This document shows positions 1 through 10,277 of a stretch of 64,000 nt of DNA, piece after piece. Source of the stretch: Rhizophagus irregularis (Eukaryota); NCBI RefSeq assembly GCF_026210795.1, contig NC_089434.1, positions 4,030,001-4,094,000 of the forward strand. The letters run 5' to 3'. A model generated the notes under the pieces. That model saw only the letters and a list, made by a program, of their open reading frames with translations. It made no database searches and had not been told where the DNA came from. Made by a program: the position numbers and the translations under genes. Each line of letters opens with the position of its first letter. Within the stretch, counting starts at the first letter, position 1.

Positions 1-70
1 GGACACAACCCATCCAAATCAAATCAGGTTTTTAAAATTAGACTTAGTACAATCTGAATCTAAACCATGT

Positions 71-300
71 TTATAATTTATAATTATGCAATCCAATCCA
101 AATTAATTTATAATTATGGATTGTACTCAATCTAATCCAAATTAATTTATAATTATGGATTGTACTCAATCCAATCCAAATAATTTTATAATTATGGATT
201 GTACTCAATCCAATCCAAATAATTTTATAATTATGGATTGTACTCAATCCAATCCAAATAATTTTATAATTATGGATTGTACTCAATCCAATCCAAATTT
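71..300. repeat. 39-bp tandem repeat (~5 copies plus a partial copy) inside a GGATT/AATCC-rich region (1-480), probably MITE subterminal repeats
   Basis: Unit TTATAATTATGGATTGTACTCAATCCAATCCAAATAATT repeated head-to-tail; it generates the repetitive 13-aa ORFs in the track. Confidence 0.9.
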
Positions 301-936
301 TATATCAGGATTTTTGATGGATTGGACTCAACCCCATCAGGTTTTTAAGATTAGACTTAATTACAAATTATAAACCTGATTTAGATTCGGATTGAATTAT
401 GGATTGGACTCAATTCAATCCAAATAACGGATTGGACTCTATCTAATCCAAATGAAATCTAAGACAGATTGGATTCCAAATGATGAACCAAAATTTTTGA
501 AACTATTTCAATTATTATAGGTTGACAATAGTAACTTATTTCGTTCCACTTGTTGCGCCAATAAAAAAAAATAATAATAAAAAAATCATTTTTACAATTA
601 TATGTTAAATATGAATCCATTTTTAGTGTGTCGAACAAAAAAAAAATTAGCATTCCTGATTTGTCGATCAGTTTATTCGCGGAAGAGATCGGCATTTAGG
701 GAATGCGGCGGCATCATTGATTTTTTCAATACTAACTTAATTTAGGGGCCAGAAATGACGCCATTTTATTTCAGAGTTCTCCTATTTATATAGGCTAACT
801 CCCATGATTAGAAAAAAAAAGTAAAAATTAGGAAGACACAGTAAATCTATCACCGAAATTATGGTCTCTGCCAAATAATGTATTATTGGCTGATGATGAC
901 CAAAATAGGAACGTGATTTGCGGATCTTCTGGGCGG

Positions 937-1063
937 TTCTAGAATCTAGTCTAGTCTAAATCCGTAAAAATTTACAAAATATCTAGAACTTTCTCGATTA
1001 AAGAAATTACTAGAAAAACTTACTGTAAATTGTCTAGAACTTTCTTTATTAAAACTATAAATA
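937..1063 (+). promoter_or_regulatory. Heat-shock-element cluster and TATA box upstream of the BAG gene
   Basis: TTCtaGAA at 937-944, tCtaGAActTTCtcGA at 982-997, tCtaGAActTTC at 1033-1044 (inverted nGAAn units), TATAAATA at 1056-1063. Confidence 0.7.
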
Positions 1064-1180
1064 TGATAAAAAATTTTTTTCTTAGTTTTAACTTGAATAC
1101 ATAAGAAAAAAAAAATTTTTTTTTTTATTCACCTTTTATTTTGTTTAGCATCAGATACTTTTCTTTTCTTTTGATAAAAG

Positions 1181-1972
1181 ATGTTTATTTACCCAAGTTT
1201 CATGTACGAGCCAAGAACTCCGCCATCATTTTACCCTCATACAAGGAATTATCCATGTTCTTATCATCATAATAATTATAGTAATCAACCTGAACCTTTT
1301 TATTATTCTACTCCGCGAAATTACTTTCCATTTGATGAAGATCAAAGAGAACAATTATTAAGGGAACAATTTTTACGCAAACAACAAGAACATGAAAGAG
1401 AACAAGAATTAGAACGATTGAAAAGTTTTTATGATCATAAAGCAAGGCAACAGAAACAACCGGAAGTATCAACGTATAACACCAATTATCAACCAAAAAA
1501 ATCGTTTAAAGTAAAAATTCAGAGTGATGAGGACGAAGCAAAAGCCAAAATCAATAAATCTCAAGCGGCTCATAAAATATATAATTTTATTAAGAATCAA
1601 TCGGCAAATAAACAAACTCGTAAAATATTAAATAAATTACATATACTTCATAGAATTGAGAATGAATTAAAGAAAATTCAAAAAACGAAGCATTTAGGAA
1701 ATTTAACATTTGATACTAAAGAAAATGGGAAACAAATTTTACCAATTTCAATCGACAATAAAAAATTCCTAGAATATGAAGATAAAATTGTTAAATCATT
1801 TGATAAATTGGATGAAATACAAAGCGAGGGTGTTGATATTATTCGTGATAGAAGGAAATTCCTTGTAAATTTTGCTCAAACGTTACTAAATGAATTGGAC
1901 ATTGAAAAAGAAAATCAATGGAAAGTATTTTCCATGCCCCTTGAAAATGAGGGAAATAAAAATAATGTTTAA
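1181..1972 (+). CDS. BAG-domain Hsp70 co-chaperone with IQ-like motif
   Basis: 263-aa ORF; C-terminal YEDKIVKSFDKLDEIQSEGVDIIRDRRKFLVNFAQTLLNELD fits BAG helices; AAHKIYNFIK is IQ-like; HSEs upstream. Confidence 0.75.
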   Translation: MFIYPSFMYEPRTPPSFYPHTRNYPCSYHHNNYSNQPEPFYYSTPRNYFPFDEDQREQLLREQFLRKQQEHEREQELERLKSFYDHKARQQKQPEVSTYNTNYQPKKSFKVKIQSDEDEAKAKINKSQAAHKIYNFIKNQSANKQTRKILNKLHILHRIENELKKIQKTKHLGNLTFDTKENGKQILPISIDNKKFLEYEDKIVKSFDKLDEIQSEGVDIIRDRRKFLVNFAQTLLNELDIEKENQWKVFSMPLENEGNKNNV

Positions 1973-2389
1973 CAAAAAAATTAGAATCAGAAAAAATAGA
2001 AAATCCAAATGAAAATGTTTGATACCTTTATGAATCTTTGATTAAGACGGGCGAATAATATGATAATTTTTTTTATTATGTATATTTTTTAATTATATAT
2101 ATTTTTGTAAATTTTTTTTTCATATTTCTTCTTAATAAAAATGTAAATTTTGCTTAATATAAAGCGAATTTTTATTTTCAATTACTTCGCTTTATATCTA
2201 TACGTTTTGAAAATGTTTAATGACTATTCTTTAATATAATAAAGTTTTCGTATAAACCTTAATGAGAAAATGATTTATTATTCCAGATATTTCTCTAATT
2301 TTACATGCAATACTTTCTGCTGGCTGTTGTAAGCCAATTAGAATCATTTGCAACTTTATCCCGTGAAAAAAATATTAAATTTATCGAGT

Positions 2390-3315
2390 TTTATTTCCTA
2401 ATGCTTAATTTTTTTTTCGATACAGAAAATTTTGCGCTTTATTAGAAGAACAACGAGTTCAATATTGAAATTATCTGACGATTATTAAAATTTTAGGCGA
2501 TTTTATAGATATTTTTTTTTTACGCAAGAACGAATTAATAATTGAGTGTCCTCAAGTACTTAAAGCAAAAATTTCTTTTTCTTTTTTAAAAAGATTATTA
2601 TTCTCCTTTTGTTATTAAGCTGCTTAATAAAAATAATTGAAATTTTTTTAAGAATTATCATAAAAGTTCCCTCAAAACTAAAATAATTATCCGCAGTACT
2701 ACGTAGCAATTGTATGACAATATCATGTAGTCAATATTAACTTCCTTAATTACATTATAAATACATTTTTTATTAAAATTTATTTGTTTATTTATTAAAG
2801 TGGCATATGCAAATATACAAATAAATAAATGGCATCAAAAAGTTGTAGCGTAAAATTAAAAAATTTTTTTGTTCCGCAGAAGCACATCACGTGGTTTTTA
2901 ATCTTCTACTCAAAGATATTTAATCCATATACTCTTTTTCTCCATCAATGATTAGTAACTTTTAATTTATTTTTTTACGTAGATTTAACTCAGTGAAATT
3001 TAATTGTATCAGATAATACACACATATATATGTACAGTATTGTTAATTTTTGGGCGCAGTATTATATTAAATTTACTACGGTCCAAATGACATTAAACTA
3101 TTGGTTAAACGGCTTTTCATATTAATTAATTAGGGGACTGCGGAAGATATTAATTATTTATTAAAGTGGTTTATGTAAATATACAAATAAATAAATGATA
3201 TCAAAAAGTTGTAGTGTAAAATTAAAAAAATTTTTTTGTTCCGCATAAGCACATCACGTGGTTTTTAATCTTCTACTCAAAGATATTTAATCCATATATC
3301 TTTTCCTCTATCAAT
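2390..3315. repeat. Dispersed copy of the ~0.9-kb repeat family arrayed at 50960-55200 (left part; resumes at 18819)
   Basis: Shares blocks such as GTTCCGCAGAAGCACATCACGTGGTTTTTAATCTTCTACTCAAAG (2871, 3238) with the 51-55 kb array, including the ~365-bp internal duplication. Confidence 0.9.
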
Positions 3316-3697
3316 AAATACAAAAAAAAACTCTTTCCGATAACTCAAAATTTTCATAATTTGGCGCAGTAAAGTTTTATAACTTCACAACATTTATTTT
3401 TTTCTTTTCCGCTTAAAACCTCACACAAGTGCGGATACGTCTTTTGACGACATCATTCCATATCTTACAGTATATACATATGGTAAAGGTTTCGACCTTT
3501 AAAAGAAATATACGACCTTTTTCGAAGGGTGAAGTTTTTTTTTACACACTTTATAGTTTCAATAAATACACAAGTCACTTATTACAAAGAGTTTATTACT
3601 TTACGATATCTTATATTTTAAATTTTTCAAAATTTTATTATTTTGTGTTTTACATTATTATTACTATTAGATAATATTATTTTTACACTCTTTTATT

Positions 3698-5512
3698 ATG
3701 TCTTTATCAAAACCTTTTCATTTTCCGGTGGGAAAAAATTCTTTCTTGGTCTCTATGAAAAATTTTCACGTGACAAAACCCAAAAGATCTGGTTATAACA
3801 AGATTTATGATAGCCACCGCTCAAAAAGTTTCTTTTTTGAGCTTGCTGATCCTAACAAAAACACCAATGAAATTCATCTGAAGATCCACACTAACGATTA
3901 TACAATGGATACTACCCCAATTAGGTTTCATTCCACAAGTATACTCCCTAATCACAAATACCAAATTAGTAAAATGCTCACACACTTTTTTTCTTTACAA
4001 GAAGTTCTGCCTCGTAGAATACAAACAAAATTTTTTGATTTTATTCGTTCAAAATTATTGGATAGAATTAATATAATACGATCACGTGGTTTTAGCACTA
4101 GCGATCGTAATAGATCTACAAAAACTTTTTTCAATTTTTCTTACAAAAAATATCGCTTTCATTTCGGTATTTATATTCCTTGTATACCTGATTGTACATC
4201 TGACTCTTTATCAGATAAACCTGCTTTTCTTACACAAACTCCAAAAACTCTTCATTTGTGTCAAATTCCATCCCCTTTCATTATGTCGCATCATCGACGT
4301 GCTTGCGTGATGCATCAGAAGAAATTTTTTAGCACAGAAGTGAATCATTTCTTGCGTCCTACTCAGAATTTAAGGAATGAAATGAATAACAACAAAAGTA
4401 CACATGCTTCGAATGTGTTCAACAAATGGCTTTCGCACACAAAAAAAGAAATCTATTCAAATCGGTTAGGAATTAAATATACCACCAGTTATTACGCTAA
4501 CGGTCATCAAAATATTTTTAAGAAAAACAACAAATATCGCTATATGTACAAAAAGCGTTATAATAATTTTAGTCACAATTATAGTATCAATAATTCAACG
4601 AAAAAGAAACAAGAGGCTCGCTTTAAGCGGAATTGTACTCGTATCTACAACAAGAATAACAAATTACGAATACTAAATGATCGACAAAAACTTAGGTCGG
4701 CTGTTCGCCACAGATTTCTCACTTCAATATCGCAATATATAGATAAACCGGTCACCCATCTTCGATATTCAAACAAGAGAAGAAGTATCAAAAAATCAGA
4801 TTATAATTTTAATGTTCCATTTTTTTCTTTTAAAAAGAAAGTACCCCCTATTAGGAGAACAAATCATGTTATCTATGATTTTACTTCTAGTTATAATTAT
4901 GTACCTCGATCTCAGAAATCTTCTAGCCTCTATATTGATGATGTAGCTTCAACGACTACTTTCTGTAAAGATATCATTTATCCTCTTCCTCCTGATATGG
5001 ATCCTGTTCCTGATAATATTGATATTCCAAACGAACTTCGCCCATATATACCTGATGGACCAATATATATGTTGGATCCTTCATCAAACAAAAAGAATAA
5101 GAAAAAAGTTAAACCCCCAACATACACTTATTGCATCCCTGGATCACGTTTGTGGTTTGATTACTTACGAAAGAACATTAAAAACGGTATTTTACCCTTT
5201 CGAGACTTTAGGGTTAACACCTCTAGTCCTATTTCCACCCACCCTATTTCAGATAGTTCGTCACTTAGTGATTCTATTTCACGCAACAACAATAATTTAC
5301 AACAACACAATGACCTTTTAAATTTACAACAACACATTATTGAAAACAATAAACGTCAATGGAACGTCATCAATACACAACTTGATAATGTTATCATTCA
5401 AGATTCTCAAAACACTTCTAATCAACATTCAGTTCACAAAAAACCTAAACGAACTTATTCCAGTTACCTTGCTGACTCCCTGGATGAAGGTTTTACCTCT
5501 GCTCGATATTAA
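3698..5512 (+). CDS. 604-aa basic (K/R/H-rich) protein of unknown function carried by the non-LTR element
   Basis: Intact intronless ORF; no recognisable RT, endonuclease or RdRp motifs; Cys/His cluster near aa 162-206. Confidence 0.75.
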   Translation: MSLSKPFHFPVGKNSFLVSMKNFHVTKPKRSGYNKIYDSHRSKSFFFELADPNKNTNEIHLKIHTNDYTMDTTPIRFHSTSILPNHKYQISKMLTHFFSLQEVLPRRIQTKFFDFIRSKLLDRINIIRSRGFSTSDRNRSTKTFFNFSYKKYRFHFGIYIPCIPDCTSDSLSDKPAFLTQTPKTLHLCQIPSPFIMSHHRRACVMHQKKFFSTEVNHFLRPTQNLRNEMNNNKSTHASNVFNKWLSHTKKEIYSNRLGIKYTTSYYANGHQNIFKKNNKYRYMYKKRYNNFSHNYSINNSTKKKQEARFKRNCTRIYNKNNKLRILNDRQKLRSAVRHRFLTSISQYIDKPVTHLRYSNKRRSIKKSDYNFNVPFFSFKKKVPPIRRTNHVIYDFTSSYNYVPRSQKSSSLYIDDVASTTTFCKDIIYPLPPDMDPVPDNIDIPNELRPYIPDGPIYMLDPSSNKKNKKKVKPPTYTYCIPGSRLWFDYLRKNIKNGILPFRDFRVNTSSPISTHPISDSSSLSDSISRNNNNLQQHNDLLNLQQHIIENNKRQWNVINTQLDNVIIQDSQNTSNQHSVHKKPKRTYSSYLADSLDEGFTSARY

Positions 5513-5825
5513 TTTTTGTAATGAGCCAGGATTATCTACAGAACAACTCAAAATTAGTGTGAACCATTCCACCTCTAACAGTATTTACAGGTGGTGGCTT
5601 TTTTAGCCAAAAGAAAAATACGGATCATGAGAACACAACCTTATTTACTAAATATCAATGCGAATCCTCAATGATCGTTCGCACGTAGTTGCTTTTAATA
5701 GTCTATACTACTCTAGAACTATTGATTTTCTATATATATAATTTTTTTTTTATTTTTAGGTTCTCTCGTTACGGATGGGTCTTTAGGTTTTATTTTTTTC
5801 TTTTCCCCATTCGAAGTATTAGCGT

Positions 5826-6512
5826 TGTCACCCACGTCTGCCACCCGTGGATAAACACATCTTTCTCATTTAACTTATTTCTCGTTACTTTGCTTGGTTT
5901 AGATTTTATTTTTCTTTTAACTTCTCGCTTTCTTTTCTCATATATCCGTAGTATTTATTCTCAATACTACTGCTCATTCATAATATTCCCAAAATATTAT
6001 GCTGCCTGTAATATTTATTCTTTCAAATATTACCATCTTATTTCTTATAAACTGCGAGAGTTCTCCTAACTTCTTATATTTCATACAATAAAACGAGAAT
6101 AACTCCTCTTACTTTACTTTTCTGGACTTAATAATAATATTAATTAATTCTCAAGCGTACAATGAGCATATTCAAGATAACTTTTAATAATTAATATTTA
6201 TTTTATTAAATTTGAGTCAAAACTGACTGCGGAATTCCTAACGAATCCCACCTATATTTATACATTTTTAAGAAAACTATTTCTACCACTTCTAACTTTT
6301 CTACTAATAAAAATTTAAGAACAATAAGAAAATAAAGATATATTATCATATGACTATCTTGTGACTAAACTAAACTAAACTATAAATATTATTTTATCGG
6401 TTAATTATTTATCCTTCGGCTAATTATTTATCCATCGGTTAATTATTTATCCTTGTTCTATTCGGTCTTTTATTCATCTGCTCACGTGATTATCCTGATT
6501 TCTCGGGTTACA
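5826..6512 (-). repeat. 3' LTR (687 bp)
   Basis: TGTCACCC...GGGTTACA; matches 17953-18638 apart from a 1-nt T indel seen by eye; contains 21-bp tandem repeats near 6395-6452. Confidence 0.97.
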
Positions 6513-6523
6513 GCTATCCCCCC
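6513..6523 (-). other. Polypurine tract
   Basis: Minus strand GGGGGGATAGC immediately before the 3' LTR. Confidence 0.7.
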
Positions 6524-6542
6524 AAGAAAAATTTGAGTCCCA

Positions 6543-7730
6543 TCAAATTCTAATTATAACTTCGAAACTTGACCTGTCTATATATTCCTTCAATAATTCT
6601 CCATTTACTGGCGTTTTCTGTATTCTTCCCTCCATAGTTTTAATTTTATAAGATCCTTTAGAAATTATTTCGTGTATATAATACGGTCCTTTCCATTTTT
6701 CTTCTAGTTTTCCAGACCATTGTTTTTCTTTTGCTGCATCATAATATAGTACTTTATCCCCTATTTGAAAGTTCTTTTTCGTCTTATATTTCTTATCATG
6801 ATATTTCTTCTGTTTTTCTTGAGATTTTTCTATATTCTCTCTGGCTCGGCTTCTAATGTTCGGTAGATCTTCCATTAAACTATTAATCCTTTGTGTTATT
6901 GTAACATTTTCATCTTCCATATTTAGTAATGTCCTCATTTCCCTTCCATATATTAGATATCCTGGTTTTAACTTGGTCGAATCATTCTTCTTTGTTCTAT
7001 ATGCAAATAAGACTCCTGGTATTCTTAAATCCCAATCTTTAATGTTACTCAATTTTGCTAATGATTCACATAGTGTCTTATTGAACCTTTCTATTAATCC
7101 ATTCGTCTTCGGGTGATAAGGTGTCGAAAAATTGTGTTTTATCTGAAATTCCCTCATTAATAATTCTACTAATTTGTTATTAAAATGACTTCCCCTATCA
7201 CTTAATATCTTCTTTGGACATCCGTGTCTACATATTATATCTTCATAAATGAATCTTGCAATTTCTTTAGCATCTGCTGTTTCTAAGGCTCTAGCTTCTG
7301 GCCATTTCGTAAAATAATCCATTGCCGTAACTATGTATCTATTATTTCTTTCTGTTATTGGTAACGGTCCCACAACATCTATTCCAATCTGATAAAATGG
7401 TTCTTTAACTTTTATTACATTTAATTCGTGTTTTCCAATCGGTTTTCCTCTTCTTTGACAACTATTGCATGATTTAACATATATTTCTATATCTTGTCTC
7501 ATTCCATTCCAGTAATATTTCTCTCTAATCCTTTCATATGTTGCATCTATTCCAAAATGTCCAGATAATTCATGGTCGTGTGCAATATACATTAATCCTT
7601 CAAACTCATATTTTCTTATTACTCTCAATTCTCTATTATCCTTTATTCTATATAACAAACCATCTTTCATCCTATAGTGTTGTTTATTATCTATATTTTT
7701 AATTATCTCATTATATTTATCTTCTTCCAT
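6543..7730 (-). CDS. Integrase as a stand-alone ORF (HHCC zinc finger, DDE core, GPY/F C-terminal module)
   Basis: HDHELSGH...CNSC; IGIDVVG, ILSDRGSHF, NGLIERFN; KLEEKWKGPY; in-frame TAA two codons upstream of its ATG. Confidence 0.95.
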   Translation of the reverse strand: MEEDKYNEIIKNIDNKQHYRMKDGLLYRIKDNRELRVIRKYEFEGLMYIAHDHELSGHFGIDATYERIREKYYWNGMRQDIEIYVKSCNSCQRRGKPIGKHELNVIKVKEPFYQIGIDVVGPLPITERNNRYIVTAMDYFTKWPEARALETADAKEIARFIYEDIICRHGCPKKILSDRGSHFNNKLVELLMREFQIKHNFSTPYHPKTNGLIERFNKTLCESLAKLSNIKDWDLRIPGVLFAYRTKKNDSTKLKPGYLIYGREMRTLLNMEDENVTITQRINSLMEDLPNIRSRARENIEKSQEKQKKYHDKKYKTKKNFQIGDKVLYYDAAKEKQWSGKLEEKWKGPYYIHEIISKGSYKIKTMEGRIQKTPVNGELLKEYIDRSSFEVIIRI

Positions 7731-7869
7731 TAATTAGTATATCTTCTATTTCTTCTTCAAAAGGTAAAATAAACCTAATATTTTTATCTTCAAATAACAC
7801 GCAGTGATAATTCGTATTCCTGTGTATGATGTAAATATATATTCCTATTCCAATATTTTCAGTAGTCAT
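7717..7869 (-). CDS. Small 50-aa ORF bridging the RT-kinase ORF and integrase (not in the ORF track)
   Basis: MTTENIGIGIYIYIIHRNTNYHCVLFEDKNIRFILPFEEEIEDILINGRR*; starts 2 nt after the RT-kinase stop and overlaps the INT ATG. Confidence 0.5.
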   Translation of the reverse strand: MTTENIGIGIYIYIIHRNTNYHCVLFEDKNIRFILPFEEEIEDILINGRR

Positions 7870-7871
7870 TT

Positions 7872-10193
7872 TTATTTTTCCAATAGCTTTTCTACTCGTT
7901 TATATACTTTTTTCCAACTTTTGTCATCGTTTTTAATTTTAATTCTCCTATATTTTCCTTTATTCTCATAAATATTCTGATGCTCTTTAAACATTTTCAC
8001 CATGTCCATGTATTCCTCTTCGTTCAACGTTTCATATGATGTTTTATGTCCTTCATTACTTTTCTTAGTTTCTCTTCCAATATAATTATTCCAACATTCT
8101 TTATTCTCTAAGAAAATTATTATCGCATTATCTATAATATCTTTATATTTAAATATCTCTTTCTCCATTTTATGATTCCCATATGGAGTAATATATCCTC
8201 TGTCAAAACTTTTGGTCTTTTGATAAAAGTATTCACAATATGGTGACTTATCCAGTATTATAATGTCTTCATCTGTAAATTCAACTATTCTCCTATTGAT
8301 TTCTTCTACAACTTGTTTTCTAAATAACCATTCATATTCTTTTGAAGGTTCCTCAAATCTCTTATCATCATTTCTTCTTCTTTTAAACTTATTAAATATT
8401 ATTTTTAAATCATCCTTTTCTTTTAATCGTTTAATTATATTTTCTACTATGGTGGATTTCCCTACACCATCAACCCCATCAACAATAATAATCTGTGGTT
8501 TACTCTTCCTTCCTAATTTCTTTAATAATTCTTTTTCTGTCTTTTCTTCTAAGTTCAGTAATATTGCTTCTTTATCATTAAAATATTTCATATCATCCCA
8601 TTTTCCCTTAAATCTTCTAGCGTCGAACCATTCATTTCCTGATCTAACATATCTCAGCTTTTTCTCTTTATTATTTTCCATTTTCATTATTTCTTGACTT
8701 AAGTCTCCAGGGTCCCTTTTTATAACTTTCTCTTCAAATTCTAGTCTTGATAACGCATCTGCATTCTTATTTTCTTTACCGCTTCTATGTATTACTTCAA
8801 AGTCATATTGTTGTAACTCCATTACCCATCTTGCTCTTCTTCCTGTAGGTACTTTAGCATTCATTAATCCTTTTAACGCAGCATGATCCGTTATAACCGT
8901 AAATTTTCTTCCTGCTAAGAACTTATGGAAATACTTGATCCCCCAGAATATTGCTAAACATTCTAATTCTGTTATTGCATAATTCTTTTCTGCTCCCACT
9001 AAACTTCTACTAGCATAGGCGATAACAAATTCTTTATTTTCTTCATTTTTCTGAGATAATACTGCTCCTAACCCTTCTCCTGACGCGTCTGTAATCAATA
9101 TAAACTCCTTTTCGAAATTAGGGTGATCTAATACTGGTTTTTCCATTAATCTTATTTTTAATTCTTCAAATGCTTCCTGCTGTTTCTCTGTCCATTCAAA
9201 TGGTACATCCTTTTTAACTAAGTGATATAAAGGTTTTGCTATTTTCGCAAAATTCTTTATAAATCTTCTATAATATGAGCACAATCCTAAAAATGATCTC
9301 ACTTGTGTAACAGTTTCTGGTATCTTTATTTCTTTAATCTTCTCCACTTTCTTTGCATCTGGTTTCAAACTATCTCTTCCAACTATATGTCCTAAAAATT
9401 CTATATTTCGTTCACCGAACTTACATTTCTTCAATTTCACAATCAAGTTGTTTTTCTTTAATTCGTTCAACACTTTATCGATATGTTCCACATGTTCTTC
9501 AAAATTTTTTGAATAAATCATTATATCATCTAGATATACTATTACAAATTCTCCAATATATTCTTTTAATATCTCATCCATTATCCTCTGAAATGTTCCT
9601 GGTGCATTCTTTAAACCAAATGGCATAACATTATATTCATATAATCCTTGTGAACATATAAATGCTGTCTTTTCTTTATCTTCTTCTACCATTTCTACTT
9701 GATGATACCCTGCCGCTAGATCCAAACTCGTAAACCATCTCGCTGTTCTATATTTTTCTAATAATTCGTCTATTCTTGGTAATGGGTATGCATCCGACTT
9801 AGTTATATTATTCAATTTCCTATAATCAATGCAAAATCTATAATTTCCTGTTTTCTTTCCTGCTAGTGTTACTGGAGACGCCCATGGACTCCATGACTTT
9901 CTAATTTTCCCCATTTTTAATAACTGTTCAACTTCTTTCTTTATAAACTTTCCCTTTTCCTCGGTCTCTTTATACCTCTTCTGTGCTATTGGTTCTTGAC
10001 CTTCTTTAATTTCTATTTTATGTCTAACAGTGTCTACCCTTCCTAATTTTTCTCCATCGTATTCAAATATCTCTTCATAACTTTTGATTAGCTTTATTAT
10101 ACCATCCTTTCTTTTACCTGTTACTTCTCCCAAATTTATCTTTTTATCGAACTTTTCCCATTTAGTTTCATTTTTATCATTTTCATTTATCAT
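7872..10193 (-). CDS. Reverse transcriptase - RNase H fused to a C-terminal thymidylate/deoxynucleoside kinase-like P-loop domain
   Basis: RT: SPWASP, RFCIDYR, MPFGLKNAP, YLDD; RNase H: TDAS, ELECL, TDH, NADALSR; then IIIVDGVDGVGKST and IILDKSPYCEYFYQ. Confidence 0.93.
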   Translation of the reverse strand: MINENDKNETKWEKFDKKINLGEVTGKRKDGIIKLIKSYEEIFEYDGEKLGRVDTVRHKIEIKEGQEPIAQKRYKETEEKGKFIKKEVEQLLKMGKIRKSWSPWASPVTLAGKKTGNYRFCIDYRKLNNITKSDAYPLPRIDELLEKYRTARWFTSLDLAAGYHQVEMVEEDKEKTAFICSQGLYEYNVMPFGLKNAPGTFQRIMDEILKEYIGEFVIVYLDDIMIYSKNFEEHVEHIDKVLNELKKNNLIVKLKKCKFGERNIEFLGHIVGRDSLKPDAKKVEKIKEIKIPETVTQVRSFLGLCSYYRRFIKNFAKIAKPLYHLVKKDVPFEWTEKQQEAFEELKIRLMEKPVLDHPNFEKEFILITDASGEGLGAVLSQKNEENKEFVIAYASRSLVGAEKNYAITELECLAIFWGIKYFHKFLAGRKFTVITDHAALKGLMNAKVPTGRRARWVMELQQYDFEVIHRSGKENKNADALSRLEFEEKVIKRDPGDLSQEIMKMENNKEKKLRYVRSGNEWFDARRFKGKWDDMKYFNDKEAILLNLEEKTEKELLKKLGRKSKPQIIIVDGVDGVGKSTIVENIIKRLKEKDDLKIIFNKFKRRRNDDKRFEEPSKEYEWLFRKQVVEEINRRIVEFTDEDIIILDKSPYCEYFYQKTKSFDRGYITPYGNHKMEKEIFKYKDIIDNAIIIFLENKECWNNYIGRETKKSNEGHKTSYETLNEEEYMDMVKMFKEHQNIYENKGKYRRIKIKNDDKSWKKVYKRVEKLLEK

Positions 10194-10277
10194 TTTAAAA
10201 TTTATTTATTATTTTATTTCTTATTATTATTTCAACAATTTTACATTTTGGGACAATTTTAGCCCTTTTTATATAAT

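Noticed and set aside
71..373. CRISPR-like array, or the 71/72-aa repeat ORFs
   Set aside because: Units are contiguous with no unique spacers, the context is eukaryotic, and the ORFs are by-products of a 39-bp period
3698..5512. Endogenised RNA virus polymerase or capsid
   Set aside because: No RdRp motif series or other recognisable viral signature seen
5689..6069. 126-aa hydrophobic ORF (possible env or membrane protein)
   Set aside because: Spans the junction between the host element and the LTR, starts at a non-ATG codon, and its hydrophobicity reflects T-richness
6543..6800. Chromodomain at the integrase C-terminus
   Set aside because: The ORF ends shortly after the GPY/F module with no chromodomain pattern
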